Source: an uncultured cyanobacterium
GTDB lineage: Bacteria; Cyanobacteriota; Cyanobacteriia; CAKZMO01
DNA: 64,000 bases
Assembly: GCA_963719515.1 (NCBI GenBank)
Contig: CAVRCJ010000006.1
Span: forward strand, 384,001-448,000
Direction: 5' to 3'
In this document: positions 10,503 to 20,445 of the stretch, in pieces
Numbering within the stretch: the stretch's first letter is position 1
Layout: every line of letters starts with the position of its first letter
The notes under the pieces: generated by a model
What the model was told of the DNA's origin: nothing
The model's database searches: none
The model's input: the letters and a program-made list of their open reading frames with translations, nothing else
Made by a program: the position numbers and the translations under genes

Positions 10503-11549
10503 CTAAGCACTCTGTGCCAGCTTGATGCGGGGATCGATTACCTTGAGCAGCAGGTCGGCTAGCAAATTGCCAACAATCAGCATTACCGCTCCCATCATTA
10601 GGCTAGCCAGCACCAGGTAAAGATCTTGAGCCTGCACAGCCTGGAGCACTAAGAGGCCTAATCCCGGCCAATCAAAAAAAGTTTCGGTGATGAATGCCCC
10701 ACTGAGCAATGCCGAAAATTCGAAGCCCAGCAGCGTAATCAGAGGATTGACGGCGTTTCGCAGCGCATGGACATAGATCACCTTATTCTCCGGCAGCCCC
10801 TTTGCCCGTGCCGTACGAATGTAGTCCTGTCGCAGCACGTCGAGCAGCTCGCCCCGCATGATGCGCTGCAGTCCGGCATAGCTCGTTAAGCTAAGGGCTA
10901 GCGTTGGTAAAATCAGGTGCCAGCCAATGTCGACGACTTTACCCAATAGCGTCAGGTCGGCATGGTCGATGCTGGTCATGCCGCCCACCGGAAACAGCGG
11001 GGCCGTCATTTGAGCAAAGAACAGCAGCAGTAACCCGGTGATCAGCGTTGGCATTCCCTGGCCCAGGTAGCTAATCACCCGCAGCACCCGATCTACTAGC
11101 TTATTTTGGTGGACCGCGCCGATAATTCCTAAAGGAAGAGCGATCGCCCAGGTGACCAAAATCGACGAGAGCGACAGCAGCAGCGTCGCCGGAATCCGCT
11201 CAATTAAAATAGAGGTTACCGATCGCTGATAGGCGAAGCTGGTGCCAAAATCCCCCCTTGTGAGGATTTGCCACAGCCAGCGACGATACTGTTCCCAAAT
11301 AGGTCGATCCAGGCCAAAGCGGGCTTCGAGATCCTGGACGGTTTCCGGAGAAATTTGCGGGTTTTGCCGCAGGATATCTAGAAAATTGCCGGGGGCAAGC
11401 TGAATGATCAAAAAGCTCAGGAGGGAGGCGAGCAGCAGGGTCAGCAGCGCCTGCAGCAGCCGTTTGACTAGGAATGCAGCAGTCTCACTCGTAAAGAACC
11501 GCATCAAGGCAGTCAAGGCGGGTTTTAGCGGCGGGGAAGATGAGGTCAT
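10503..11549 (-). CDS. peptide/nickel ABC transporter permease (DppB/OppB family)
   Basis: GLDRP..EQY, GDFGTS, DYIRTARAKGL (EAA loop), HALRNA. Start placed at MTSSSP. Confidence 0.9.
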   Translation of the reverse strand: MTSSSPPLKPALTALMRFFTSETAAFLVKRLLQALLTLLLASLLSFLIIQLAPGNFLDILRQNPQISPETVQDLEARFGLDRPIWEQYRRWLWQILTRGDFGTSFAYQRSVTSILIERIPATLLLSLSSILVTWAIALPLGIIGAVHQNKLVDRVLRVISYLGQGMPTLITGLLLLFFAQMTAPLFPVGGMTSIDHADLTLLGKVVDIGWHLILPTLALSLTSYAGLQRIMRGELLDVLRQDYIRTARAKGLPENKVIYVHALRNAVNPLITLLGFEFSALLSGAFITETFFDWPGLGLLVLQAVQAQDLYLVLASLMMGAVMLIVGNLLADLLLKVIDPRIKLAQSA

Positions 11550-11559
11550 AAATAGCGCG

Positions 11560-12075
11560 CTAGTACTGAACCAAGGAGACAATGGGGACGCCTGAGGGCA
11601 GCTGCCTGCGTCCCTCAAGCTCGCTCAGCTCAATGATGAAGCCAAACCCCGCTACGTGGCAGCCTGCTTTTTCAATTAGGTTGGCGGTGGCGCGGGCGGT
11701 GCCGCCCGTCGCAATCAGATCGTCTACTACCAGGACGCGGCTCCCGGCGACGAAAGCGTCCTGATGGATTTCGAGCCGATCGGTGCCGTACTCCAGATCG
11801 TACTGGGCACTGTACACCGCTGCCGGCAGCTTCCCTGGCTTGCGGACGAGCACGAAGCCTCGACCCAGGTGGCAGGCCAAGGGGGCTCCAAAGATGAAGC
11901 CCCGGGACTCCATGCCGACGACATAATCAATGGGCTCATCGGCGAACGCAGCCGCCAGGCCTTCGACGGTATAGCGGAGACCGTTCGGATCCCGGAGCAG
12001 GGTTGTGATGTCCCGAAACATGATGCCAGGCTTGGGAAAATCAGGAATAGTCCGAATTAGCGCTTTGAGATCCAT
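11560..12075 (-). CDS. apt: adenine phosphoribosyltransferase
   Basis: [41 protein letters not shown]. Confidence 0.97.
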   Translation of the reverse strand: MDLKALIRTIPDFPKPGIMFRDITTLLRDPNGLRYTVEGLAAAFADEPIDYVVGMESRGFIFGAPLACHLGRGFVLVRKPGKLPAAVYSAQYDLEYGTDRLEIHQDAFVAGSRVLVVDDLIATGGTARATANLIEKAGCHVAGFGFIIELSELEGRRQLPSGVPIVSLVQY

Positions 12076-12232
12076 TACATTTTGGTTGCAAAAGCCTGCT
12101 GCGCGAACCTAACGGCAGCCTAATCACCGCAATCGTAGCATCTTCACTGCCGCGCCTTGTGATTGACTGCTGACCTAATTACTGACCTAATTGAGCTGTT
12201 GGCCTAGTGGGCCGCTGGCGGCAACCTGCTGA

Positions 12233-13846
12233 TTATGAATTTGTGATCGTAAATGGGGTGGTGAAATTCTGAGCGGTGCCGTCCTCTAGATTGACCTCCG
12301 TCTCCACCGTATGGCGGCCATTTTCCGCCGTCCGCGTGTCGAACGGCATTGCGGTATTTACCCCTCCTCCTGCAAAGTCGTAGGGAGCCCGAGACTCCAA
12401 CCGGCTGGGCTCTCCAAAGCGGCTGTCCAAACCAAAGCGCACGCTGTCGACTGCTATGTCTTGGTCAGCCGATAGGAAAATATAGACTTCACCGCCTACC
12501 TCAGCGCTAGCCAGAGGGCGCGCCTCGCTGCGATCGCTGCTGCGAGAGACCAGCAAGCGATAGGGCAGAGGCTGGTTTGCTACGGTAAAGGGGACAATCA
12601 GCTGCTGGACTGTACCGCTTTTGAAGCGTATCTCCGCGTAAATGCTGTGGGGACCGTTGTCGAGGGTCCGCGTGTCGAACGGCGATGCGGTTGGGGTGCC
12701 TCCTCCAGCAAAATCATAGGGCGCAAACCGCTCTAGGCTTCCAGGTTCGCCCCCAGGACTGTCTAGCCCAAACTGCACCTCGTCGATCTCGTCCCCCTCA
12801 CCCTGGCCTAGTTGACGCAGGTCCAAATAAGCGTAGATATCGTCGCTGACCGTTTGGCCCGCTAGGGACCGAGGATCCCGGCGATCGGCAAAAGTCGACA
12901 CCAGCAGCTGATAGGTCAGACGGCTGCGGGACTCGCACTCGATTACGTCGTTGGGGCTAAGGGGGAGCTCTACTCCTCTTCCGTCTGGGACCGCCGGGAT
13001 AGCGGCGATCGCCTCCCCATTACGGGTGCAGGTGATGACCCCTGCCGTAACGCCGGGCTGAGGGACCTCCCTCACCGTCGCCTGGACGGGACGAACCAGC
13101 TGCCAGCCAAAGCTGGCTCGTCCATCCACTTCAGTGGTTGTTTGGAGCGGTAAGGTGGCGATCGCCTTTTGGGCTGCTGGTCCGCTGAGGGTCACTTCAA
13201 ACGTCCAGCCTGCTGCAGGAGCGTCGATGCCGTCGGGCTGCTCTACCCGCTTTCGAATGGTAATCGACCCTCCACAGGCCCGCAGGGCAATTTCTCGCAG
13301 GCGATCGTCTAGGGTATCAAAGTTGGTGATGTAGAAGTCGTCGTTGCGGTTCTCTCCTGAGACGCGCCGTAGGTTATCGGGAAGCACCCGGGTCCCGATA
13401 CCAATAGCGATAATCCGCGTTCCGGCATGACGAACGCGATCGGCTGTTTCAAAGGCGGCCTGCTCTGCACCGGCTTGATTGCCGGGCAAAAAAGGGGCTC
13501 CATCGGTACAAAGAATAATTAGGTCGGGGGTCAAGCTTCGGGCGCTGTTAAAGGCGTCCGCCCAATTGGTGTATTCGCCGCGGTATTCGTAAGCGTTGAG
13601 GCCGTCAACTACCGCGCTGACCCCTGCCGGTTCCGAAACGTCGGTGAGGGGAAATAGGACCTTAGTTGTCGTGCTAAAAATCACGAACCCTACCTGAGAT
13701 GGCGTGCCGCCAAGTGCCTCAGTAAAGTCAGCTGCCGCTTGACGGGCAAGATTGAAGTTCTCTAGCCCCATAGAGTTAGAGCTATCGAGGGCAATGACCA
13801 CGTCAAGACCGCAGCGGCCCGGAAAGGGAGGGTTTGGAACTACCAT
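12233..13846 (-). CDS. VWA-domain protein with Ig/pilin-like middle domain and two C-terminal repeats
   Basis: MIDAS DSSNS, TNW, CTDG, IIAIGIG; two ~110-aa repeats Y.LLVS...APYDFAGGG...PFDTRT..NG.H. Start uncertain (13846-13900). Confidence 0.75.
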   Translation of the reverse strand: MVVPNPPFPGRCGLDVVIALDSSNSMGLENFNLARQAAADFTEALGGTPSQVGFVIFSTTTKVLFPLTDVSEPAGVSAVVDGLNAYEYRGEYTNWADAFNSARSLTPDLIILCTDGAPFLPGNQAGAEQAAFETADRVRHAGTRIIAIGIGTRVLPDNLRRVSGENRNDDFYITNFDTLDDRLREIALRACGGSITIRKRVEQPDGIDAPAAGWTFEVTLSGPAAQKAIATLPLQTTTEVDGRASFGWQLVRPVQATVREVPQPGVTAGVITCTRNGEAIAAIPAVPDGRGVELPLSPNDVIECESRSRLTYQLLVSTFADRRDPRSLAGQTVSDDIYAYLDLRQLGQGEGDEIDEVQFGLDSPGGEPGSLERFAPYDFAGGGTPTASPFDTRTLDNGPHSIYAEIRFKSGTVQQLIVPFTVANQPLPYRLLVSRSSDRSEARPLASAEVGGEVYIFLSADQDIAVDSVRFGLDSRFGEPSRLESRAPYDFAGGGVNTAMPFDTRTAENGRHTVETEVNLEDGTAQNFTTPFTITNS

Positions 13847-13942
13847 AGTATTTGAGTTGTGGGGGCACGCCATGAGTATAGCGGGTGTTTTGACCCCCAA
13901 CCTAGTCCCCTAGCGCCATGTCTCAAAATTTGCGCTAAGGGA

Positions 13943-16168
13943 TTAGCAGGCGAGGTGTTCTAGAGCCTGCTGAAGCGATGTAATGGTGGGGATATTTGAC
14001 GGGCTATTCAATGCTCGGCTTTGGGGATGCTCCCACTGCTTTAGAACCTGGAGGCAGCGTCGAGCCGCGCTGGGATTGTCTTGATGGATAAAATTCCAGG
14101 CGGCCGTGTTGAGATCGTTTTGAGCCTGAGGGAGCTGCTGCAGATGCTGATGCACAAGGGCGCGCCGATATAGCACAATGGCTGAGTCTGGGGCTAGGGC
14201 ATGGGCGGCGTTATAGTCCTTGAGGGCTAGGGTGAATTGGTTTAGAGACTCCCAAGCTCGCCCTCGGTAAAACAGAGGAATCACGGAGACCGGCATCAGC
14301 TGAACAGCCTGCTCAAAGTCGGCGATCGCCCCCTCAATATCTCTCTGCTTGTGGCGCAAAAAGCCGCGATTGCAGTAAGGGCTGCCCAAGTCGGGGTCAA
14401 CTTGAATTGCCTGGGACAGATCCCCCAGCGCTGCGTCGTAGTCGCGCTGTCCGTAACGCAGAATTCCGCGCATGTTGTAGGCCACCGCATCGTCCGGTGC
14501 GGCAGCAAGGAGGCGGTCTAGCTCAGCAGCGGCAGCAACGCCCTCCCCCAGGTCGTACTGCACCATGGCCTGCCGCCAGCCTAGCTCTGCCCGACTCGAA
14601 ATTTGCTCACTGTGGGTGTAGCGCTCGATGAGGGCATTGATGGTGCTGGCGCTTGTTGTTCTAATTTTTAGGCCGAGAGTCTGGGTCTTGGCGGCGGGAA
14701 TTAAGGGGTGATCAATGCCTACAACGGCTTGCGCTCGGTCGACAATCAAAAAGTTTTCCCCCGCTTCGAGAAGCTTAAAGTGCAGCGATTTGGGGTAGCG
14801 GCGCTTGAGCTGCAAGAAGTACTGCAGCGTCGCGTGGCGGACGGCGGGTGAGCTCGCGTCAAGGGACCAGGTTTGACGAATGGGGGGTAAAAAGTGGGCC
14901 CCCTGGTGGCTCCGCTGACTGCACCAGCCCACGAAGAGCGACTTACCAGACTCTAGAAAGGTGGTGAGCTGCTGCGCTAGAGACGCCTCTAATTGGTAAG
15001 ACGCGGCCCAGGGCCAGGTCAAAACGACCCGATCTTCGGCCTGTTGAAGGGCCTCTTCTAGCGCCAGACGGCTACAGGTGGCCGGACGGGGCGATGCTGC
15101 AGGGGTATTGGCCACCGCGTTTCCCCCGCTCGCCTCGACGGGTAGATCAATCAAAAGCTGATGGGGGGTAGCCTGGGCTGGAAAAGCCTGCAGTCGTCGG
15201 TGCAGCATCTCTTCTAAAACAGACTCCAAATCGGCTGAGTTGGGCAGCGCCTGAATTTTGTCTTGAACTGCTTCGAGAATTGCCTGCCATCGCCGATGCA
15301 GGGGCTCAAGAGAATCGTCTTTTGATTTGCTTAGCTGCTGCTGCAGCGCGCCGAGCTTTTGGTCTAGCTGCTGGTCTCGCTCGGATTGAGACTGATACCG
15401 GCGCTGCAGCGATTGCACCTGTGCGCTGATGGTGTTCCAATCGCGGCGAGGCACTAGGTCAGCCATCAAATTGATGATCTCGTTGAGGCGCTCTTCGCCA
15501 AAGTCTGCCGTTTTATTGGCGGGGACGGGCGGCTGGGCAAGTTGTTCAAACTGCGTCTGCAGATGACTCAAGGCAGGCGTCATCTTGTCATCGAGATGCT
15601 GAAACTGGTGGTCAACCTGCTTCACTTTTTGCTGTAGTTGAGCGATCGCCCGCTCTACTCCTTCAACTTGCTCACGGGTAGTCATCTCTTGTAGGCTTGC
15701 CTGCATATTATCGAGCAGAGTGTGGATGCTGCCGTGGGCAGCCCGCAGGCGAGAAATGTCTTGAGCGATTGCGTCGTAATCTTGCTCTTCTAGCTTAACG
15801 AGTCGTGACCCCATCATGGAGTATGCGGACTTGACGTAGCCCGTCATCTCCTCCATGACCTGCTGCTGCTGGCGCTGCTGGCGCTCCATCCCCGTGATAA
15901 TTTCGGGAGGCGGCATCGTCGTTGCCTGTTGCCTGAGCTGCGTTACCTCCTGGCGCAGTTGGTCAAAGTTGCCGAGCCGTTGGCTATTATCCTCCTGCTG
16001 CGCCTGCAGACGGCGGCGGTTGAGAAGTCCGATGGCAACGGCGAAGGATAGAGGCGTTGTCGCGTACAGAAACTGCTGGGCGATCGCTGAGGTGACTGAA
16101 CCCATGCCCAGACCCGCTAGGGAAACGTACTCAGCAACATCGAGCCAATGCGTCCGACGATTTTTCAC
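13943..16168 (-). CDS. membrane-anchored coiled-coil / PLD-like / TPR protein
   Basis: Two N-terminal hydrophobic segments, long Q/E-rich coiled coil, ENFLIVDR...VVG segment, C-terminal TPRs (AYNMRG, YCNRG, YRGRA). Confidence 0.8.
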   Translation of the reverse strand: MKNRRTHWLDVAEYVSLAGLGMGSVTSAIAQQFLYATTPLSFAVAIGLLNRRRLQAQQEDNSQRLGNFDQLRQEVTQLRQQATTMPPPEIITGMERQQRQQQQVMEEMTGYVKSAYSMMGSRLVKLEEQDYDAIAQDISRLRAAHGSIHTLLDNMQASLQEMTTREQVEGVERAIAQLQQKVKQVDHQFQHLDDKMTPALSHLQTQFEQLAQPPVPANKTADFGEERLNEIINLMADLVPRRDWNTISAQVQSLQRRYQSQSERDQQLDQKLGALQQQLSKSKDDSLEPLHRRWQAILEAVQDKIQALPNSADLESVLEEMLHRRLQAFPAQATPHQLLIDLPVEASGGNAVANTPAASPRPATCSRLALEEALQQAEDRVVLTWPWAASYQLEASLAQQLTTFLESGKSLFVGWCSQRSHQGAHFLPPIRQTWSLDASSPAVRHATLQYFLQLKRRYPKSLHFKLLEAGENFLIVDRAQAVVGIDHPLIPAAKTQTLGLKIRTTSASTINALIERYTHSEQISSRAELGWRQAMVQYDLGEGVAAAAELDRLLAAAPDDAVAYNMRGILRYGQRDYDAALGDLSQAIQVDPDLGSPYCNRGFLRHKQRDIEGAIADFEQAVQLMPVSVIPLFYRGRAWESLNQFTLALKDYNAAHALAPDSAIVLYRRALVHQHLQQLPQAQNDLNTAAWNFIHQDNPSAARRCLQVLKQWEHPQSRALNSPSNIPTITSLQQALEHLAC

Positions 16169-16291
16169 GGTTAAAAGAGCAAAAATGGGAACCAGAACGG
16201 CACAATCACGTCTTGATTACGCTTGTTCTGCTTTTCGCCCGCCGCGCCGAGCTATCCGGACAACTGGTCTAAGAGTCAATTTTCTCTCCAG

Positions 16292-16648
16292 CTAAGAGGG
16301 CTGGATACTGTAGGATGACGTTGGCTCAGCGCCAAAAATAGGTGACGGATCGAGACCGGTGATACTGCTGAATTGAGCCGACGTCAGGGTGCTCACAATG
16401 GGCTGAATTTCCCAGTGCTGCAGCCGCGCATGAACCTGAGCTAAGAAGCCGATCCCTCGGTTGAAGGGAACGCTTAACCAGTTTTCCACGATAATCTCTG
16501 CTAAAGAAAGCTCAATGAGCGGTAGTGGATAGGCCTGCATCAGGTTATCTAGGTAGGCGAAAAAGCCAGCTTTTTCCTCTCCTTCGAGGCGGTAACTCTG
16601 CACAATGTATTTGATTCGCTGCTGGCTAACCCTTTCGTATAAGTTCAT
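16292..16648 (-). CDS. conserved hypothetical protein
   Basis: Clean ORF co-oriented with neighbours; SSITGLDPSPIF C-terminal motif. Confidence 0.65.
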   Translation of the reverse strand: MNLYERVSQQRIKYIVQSYRLEGEEKAGFFAYLDNLMQAYPLPLIELSLAEIIVENWLSVPFNRGIGFLAQVHARLQHWEIQPIVSTLTSAQFSSITGLDPSPIFGAEPTSSYSIQPS

Positions 16649-16736
16649 GTCGGCTGAGCTTTAGGGGCATAAGGTATTGACGGCGTCATCACTAAAGCGA
16701 TGCACTATTTAGCTTATGCTCCGCAGTTGAGTTAGT

Positions 16737-16799
16737 GCAACTCAATCAATGCGATCCAATCAACGCAACCCAATCAATACGACCCAATCAATACGACCC
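16737..16799. repeat. 14-bp tandem repeat, about 4.5 copies (STRR-like)
   Basis: GCAACTCAATCAAT / GCGATCCAATCAAC / GCAACCCAATCAAT / ACGACCCAATCAAT / ACGACCC. Confidence 0.85.
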
Positions 16800-16824
16800 G
16801 CTCAGTGCCGCTGCAGTAACGCGC

Positions 16825-17967
16825 TTAAAGCAATTCAAGCATCACGCTCCGAACGTGGTCAGCCCAAGCGTGCCAGTTCAATCGCTCCTCATAGGTGCTG
16901 CGGGACGACAGGACGAGCTGCTCGTAAGCATCTTTCTCGGAGAAAACGGCCGCCATTTTATCGGCATACTGGTCTGCCCCCGCATCAGGAGAGAAGGTAT
17001 AGCCGTTGACCCCTTCTTGAACAATAGTTGGAATTCCGCCGACGTTGCTCGACATTACCGGTAAGCCAAAGGCCGCCGACTCACACAGCACAATTGGCGA
17101 GCAGTCGGCGCGGGTAGGAAACAGGAAGAAATGCGCGTCGAGAAAAATTTGGTAGAGGCGATCGCGCTCTCGCTTCACGTTTTTATTGAGGAAAGGAATG
17201 ACGGTGAGGCGATCGCTATCTACCTGGGCGACGGCATCTTCCGGTGGGATACAGCCAATCATGGTTAACTCAGCGTCGATTCCCGCATCGAGTAGCTTGA
17301 CTAAAGACTCAAACGCCAAGTTTCCGCCCTTGCGCTGCCAATCTTTACCAATAAACAATAGCCGGCAGCGGGATGAGGACAGCCGCGCGCGAACTCGATC
17401 TAGCTCAGGAACAAAGTCTAAATTGGCGCCAAATGGAGTAACGCTGACCTGCCCCGGCGCTGCACCGTAGTCCTGAACGGCTGACTCGGCTGACCAGCGG
17501 GATGGATAAACCAGCTTTTGCGCCTTAGCCACAACTCGCTTTTCCGTCGCGCTAGCCGCCGCAAAGCTCGCCTCGTCCGGGTAAATCTTGTAGTAGTCGT
17601 TGTAAATTAGCCGAGGCGTCGCGTCGGAGGAGAAGACGATAGGAACCGACGTCTCAATTAGGTCTACCTCTCCAGAAGCAACGGGAGCAAAGATAACGTC
17701 ACACTTTTTCTTTTCTAGTGACTGTTCTACCTGCCGCTTAAATTCGTTCAGCTCTGAGGCGCTTTTGCCAGATCCCAGCTGAACCTTGCTCAGCGCCCGG
17801 CTAATTCCTTTGCCAATACGGCCTTGGGCCTGAGGCTTTTTGAGATCGACCATCTCAACCCCTTTAGAGGCCAGCGCCTGGTACATATAGTACAGCGTTC
17901 CGGAGAACGTATTTTTATCTAAATAGTTTTGCCTGGATAGAAAACCAGCTTTGATAGGTTTCTTCAT
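16825..17967 (-). CDS. glycosyltransferase family 4
   Basis: LLFIGKDWQRKGG, ESAAFGLPV, VGGIPTIV. Start placed at MKKPIK. Confidence 0.9.
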   Translation of the reverse strand: MKKPIKAGFLSRQNYLDKNTFSGTLYYMYQALASKGVEMVDLKKPQAQGRIGKGISRALSKVQLGSGKSASELNEFKRQVEQSLEKKKCDVIFAPVASGEVDLIETSVPIVFSSDATPRLIYNDYYKIYPDEASFAAASATEKRVVAKAQKLVYPSRWSAESAVQDYGAAPGQVSVTPFGANLDFVPELDRVRARLSSSRCRLLFIGKDWQRKGGNLAFESLVKLLDAGIDAELTMIGCIPPEDAVAQVDSDRLTVIPFLNKNVKRERDRLYQIFLDAHFFLFPTRADCSPIVLCESAAFGLPVMSSNVGGIPTIVQEGVNGYTFSPDAGADQYADKMAAVFSEKDAYEQLVLSSRSTYEERLNWHAWADHVRSVMLELL

Positions 17968-17989
17968 AGTGACGATGCGTAGGTTGAGC

Positions 17990-18955
17990 TTACTTGTTAC
18001 TGCTGAGCTTAAACGCAAAGCTGTTCTTTAAAAAATCGGAAAAGAACTGAGGCGGATCAACTTGGGGTTTCTTTTGAACGACCTGACGCAGTCTCCACAG
18101 GCTATATCCCGCCATCCAGGCATAGTCAGCGGCCTCCGCGTAGAGTCTGCCGTAGTTCTTCGTGAAGTAGCGTCGCCTCGAATCAAACCAATACTGCGGT
18201 CTACGCTTTGGCGGCTGCTTGAGGTTAGTGACCCCTGAGCTTTGACCAACCAAGTGGACCACGCGGCTCTCTGGAACGTACCAGCAGGGCCAGCCAGCCC
18301 GGTTGGCGACTAGACAAAAGTCCATCTCCTCGTAGTACATGAAGTAGTCGTCGTCCATCAGGCCAACATCGTCGAACACCTCTCGGCGGACGAGCATGCT
18401 GGCTCCGGCAACCCAGTCCGTTTGGACCGTGTCGTCGACCACTGGGGGAGCCACCACCCAGTGGGACAGGAGTTTGGTAACGACCCCTAGCCTCAACCCT
18501 AAATCTAGCTCGCTAAAAACGGTGTGAAAGCGGAAAGCAGAGCGTTGAGGGGTTCCGTCAGGGTCTTCAAGCCGACTGCCCGCAATCCCCACGTCTTTGT
18601 GGGATTCCATGAAGGTATAGAGGTGCTCTAGCCCATGGGGACGAACCACGGTATCGGGGTTAAGCAGCCAAACGTAGTCTGGAGGGTTTTGTGCAAGTCC
18701 CTCTCGAATAATGGCATTGTTCCCGTAGGCAAACCCACCATTTTTGTCGAGCGGCATCAGCGTCACCCAGCTGTGCCATCCTTCGCGCTCGATGGCAGCC
18801 GAGATTACCTCAATGGAATCATCGCCAGAAGCGTTGTCGGACACTACAACTTGAACATTGGGAAGGCGTTGAACTTCGTCTACAAGGGAATGAAGGCAAT
18901 CGATCGTGAGCTTAGGCGTCCGGTAATTTACAATTGCAACGAGTATCATCGTCAA
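17990..18955 (-). CDS. glycosyltransferase family 2
   Basis: IVNY, DNASGD, NGGFAYGNN, LLNPDT, YYEEMDFC. Confidence 0.92.
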   Translation of the reverse strand: MTMILVAIVNYRTPKLTIDCLHSLVDEVQRLPNVQVVVSDNASGDDSIEVISAAIEREGWHSWVTLMPLDKNGGFAYGNNAIIREGLAQNPPDYVWLLNPDTVVRPHGLEHLYTFMESHKDVGIAGSRLEDPDGTPQRSAFRFHTVFSELDLGLRLGVVTKLLSHWVVAPPVVDDTVQTDWVAGASMLVRREVFDDVGLMDDDYFMYYEEMDFCLVANRAGWPCWYVPESRVVHLVGQSSGVTNLKQPPKRRPQYWFDSRRRYFTKNYGRLYAEAADYAWMAGYSLWRLRQVVQKKPQVDPPQFFSDFLKNSFAFKLSSNK

Positions 18956-19037
18956 TAGGGGTGGGGTGAGATAAAGAATATCGAACGTCTGCGATGAGCC
19001 GCGCCTAGGCTCTATGACATAGCCTTCCTGGCGATCG

Positions 19038-20423
19038 CTAGCTCAACTGCGAGTAGGCGCTAGAGGGCAGCGCAGGTGCTGTCCTCGCCGGGCGTTTTCG
19101 AGACCTAGAGGTAAGAGGTCGCAGCGCAATTCCCGATAGGCTTCCGCAGGCCAAAACATAGATGGGGTTGATCATGGCGTTGAGCAAGCAGTCGATGGTG
19201 TACATCACCACAGCCATAGATAACGCCGCTAAAGGCGCGTATTCTGGCTTCATCCACAGCTTTGGTGGACAGCGCTGCATGAGCACGGTTACGGGGGGGA
19301 GGAGCAGCAGCGCCATCATGCTGACCAGGCCGACAGCTCCCTTCTCTCCGTACTCAATAATCCACAAGCTATCAGGAATAGTGAGCATTTTGCCGTTTTC
19401 GTCAAGCAGAAGGGACCTGCCCCAGCCCCCCCAGCCCAAGAGGGGCCGTTCCCGGGCGATATCCGCCAGAATCTCTTCATTGTTAAATCTAAAGGCGAGG
19501 GACTGCACGCGCTCTGCGGGTAAGACGTTTGATAATCCTTCTACAATTTGATCGGTTACATAGGCATCGGTTTGAGAACTGATGAATAGGTAAGCGACTA
19601 TGGTCAGAGCTAGAAGAAGCACCGGCAGGGCCGTCCGTATTTGCCAGCAGAGGTACAGCAGGACAAATCCAAAGGCGAGCAAGAAGTAAGCGCCTGTGGA
19701 TTTGCACAGCAGAAACGTCACAACCAGTGCGATCGCCAGCCAGCTTATAGGGATATTGCTGACCTTTTTTAAAGCCCCGCTTTTCCACAGCCACAGCCCA
19801 ATCAGGCTAGCTGCCATCATAAAGGCTGCAACCGCAAGACCGTGCTTCATAAACACGGTTGGTCTAAAGCCTCCCCAGCGAACGTTTTGGCCGAATGAGG
19901 AGTGGGCTCTGAAGCCATAAAGCATGAGGTGGAGCTGGGGGCTCATTCGAACCTCATAGAGGCAGAACGGGATGTACGCCAGTCCGCCCAAAAAGATACC
20001 CGTAGCGAGCTGCTGAGCGCCCTCTAAGTTGGCGAGATAGATTCGGCCCAAAAAGTAGGGAATTCCCCAAGTCACCACCTGGATCAAAACCGCTGATACC
20101 CCGTCGTATAGCCCTAGCCCATTGCTTAAAGATGTGGCAATAGGACAAATACAAAAGATAAGCGCTGGAACATCAATCCAGCTAAAGCGGAATGCGCTGA
20201 ACCGTTTGACGTCAAAAACGAAAGTTGCCAGCAAAATTCCATAGGAGGTTGCTGACATTTTCGTCAGGTCAGGAATGCCAGGCAAGACAATTTGCGCCTC
20301 GGGCAAGAATAGCCAAGCAATGATAAAGCTCATGACGACGGCTTTTTGTGCTGGAACCCGCTTGAATAGGTAAAGCACGAAGGGAATCCACCCATATAGG
20401 GCAATGTAGGCGATTGGTGACAT
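19038..20423 (-). CDS. O-antigen ligase/Wzy-like polysaccharide polymerase
   Basis: About 11-12 TM segments, CKSTGA, PLLGWGGWG; located among glycosyltransferases. Confidence 0.8.
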   Translation of the reverse strand: MSPIAYIALYGWIPFVLYLFKRVPAQKAVVMSFIIAWLFLPEAQIVLPGIPDLTKMSATSYGILLATFVFDVKRFSAFRFSWIDVPALIFCICPIATSLSNGLGLYDGVSAVLIQVVTWGIPYFLGRIYLANLEGAQQLATGIFLGGLAYIPFCLYEVRMSPQLHLMLYGFRAHSSFGQNVRWGGFRPTVFMKHGLAVAAFMMAASLIGLWLWKSGALKKVSNIPISWLAIALVVTFLLCKSTGAYFLLAFGFVLLYLCWQIRTALPVLLLALTIVAYLFISSQTDAYVTDQIVEGLSNVLPAERVQSLAFRFNNEEILADIARERPLLGWGGWGRSLLLDENGKMLTIPDSLWIIEYGEKGAVGLVSMMALLLLPPVTVLMQRCPPKLWMKPEYAPLAALSMAVVMYTIDCLLNAMINPIYVLACGSLSGIALRPLTSRSRKRPARTAPALPSSAYSQLS

Positions 20424-20445
20424 GGCATTCTACTCAAACTAGGGA

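Noticed and set aside
16735..17064. Plus-strand ORFs with NQ/SI repeats
   Set aside because: Translations of the 14-bp repeat running antisense into the GT4 gene.
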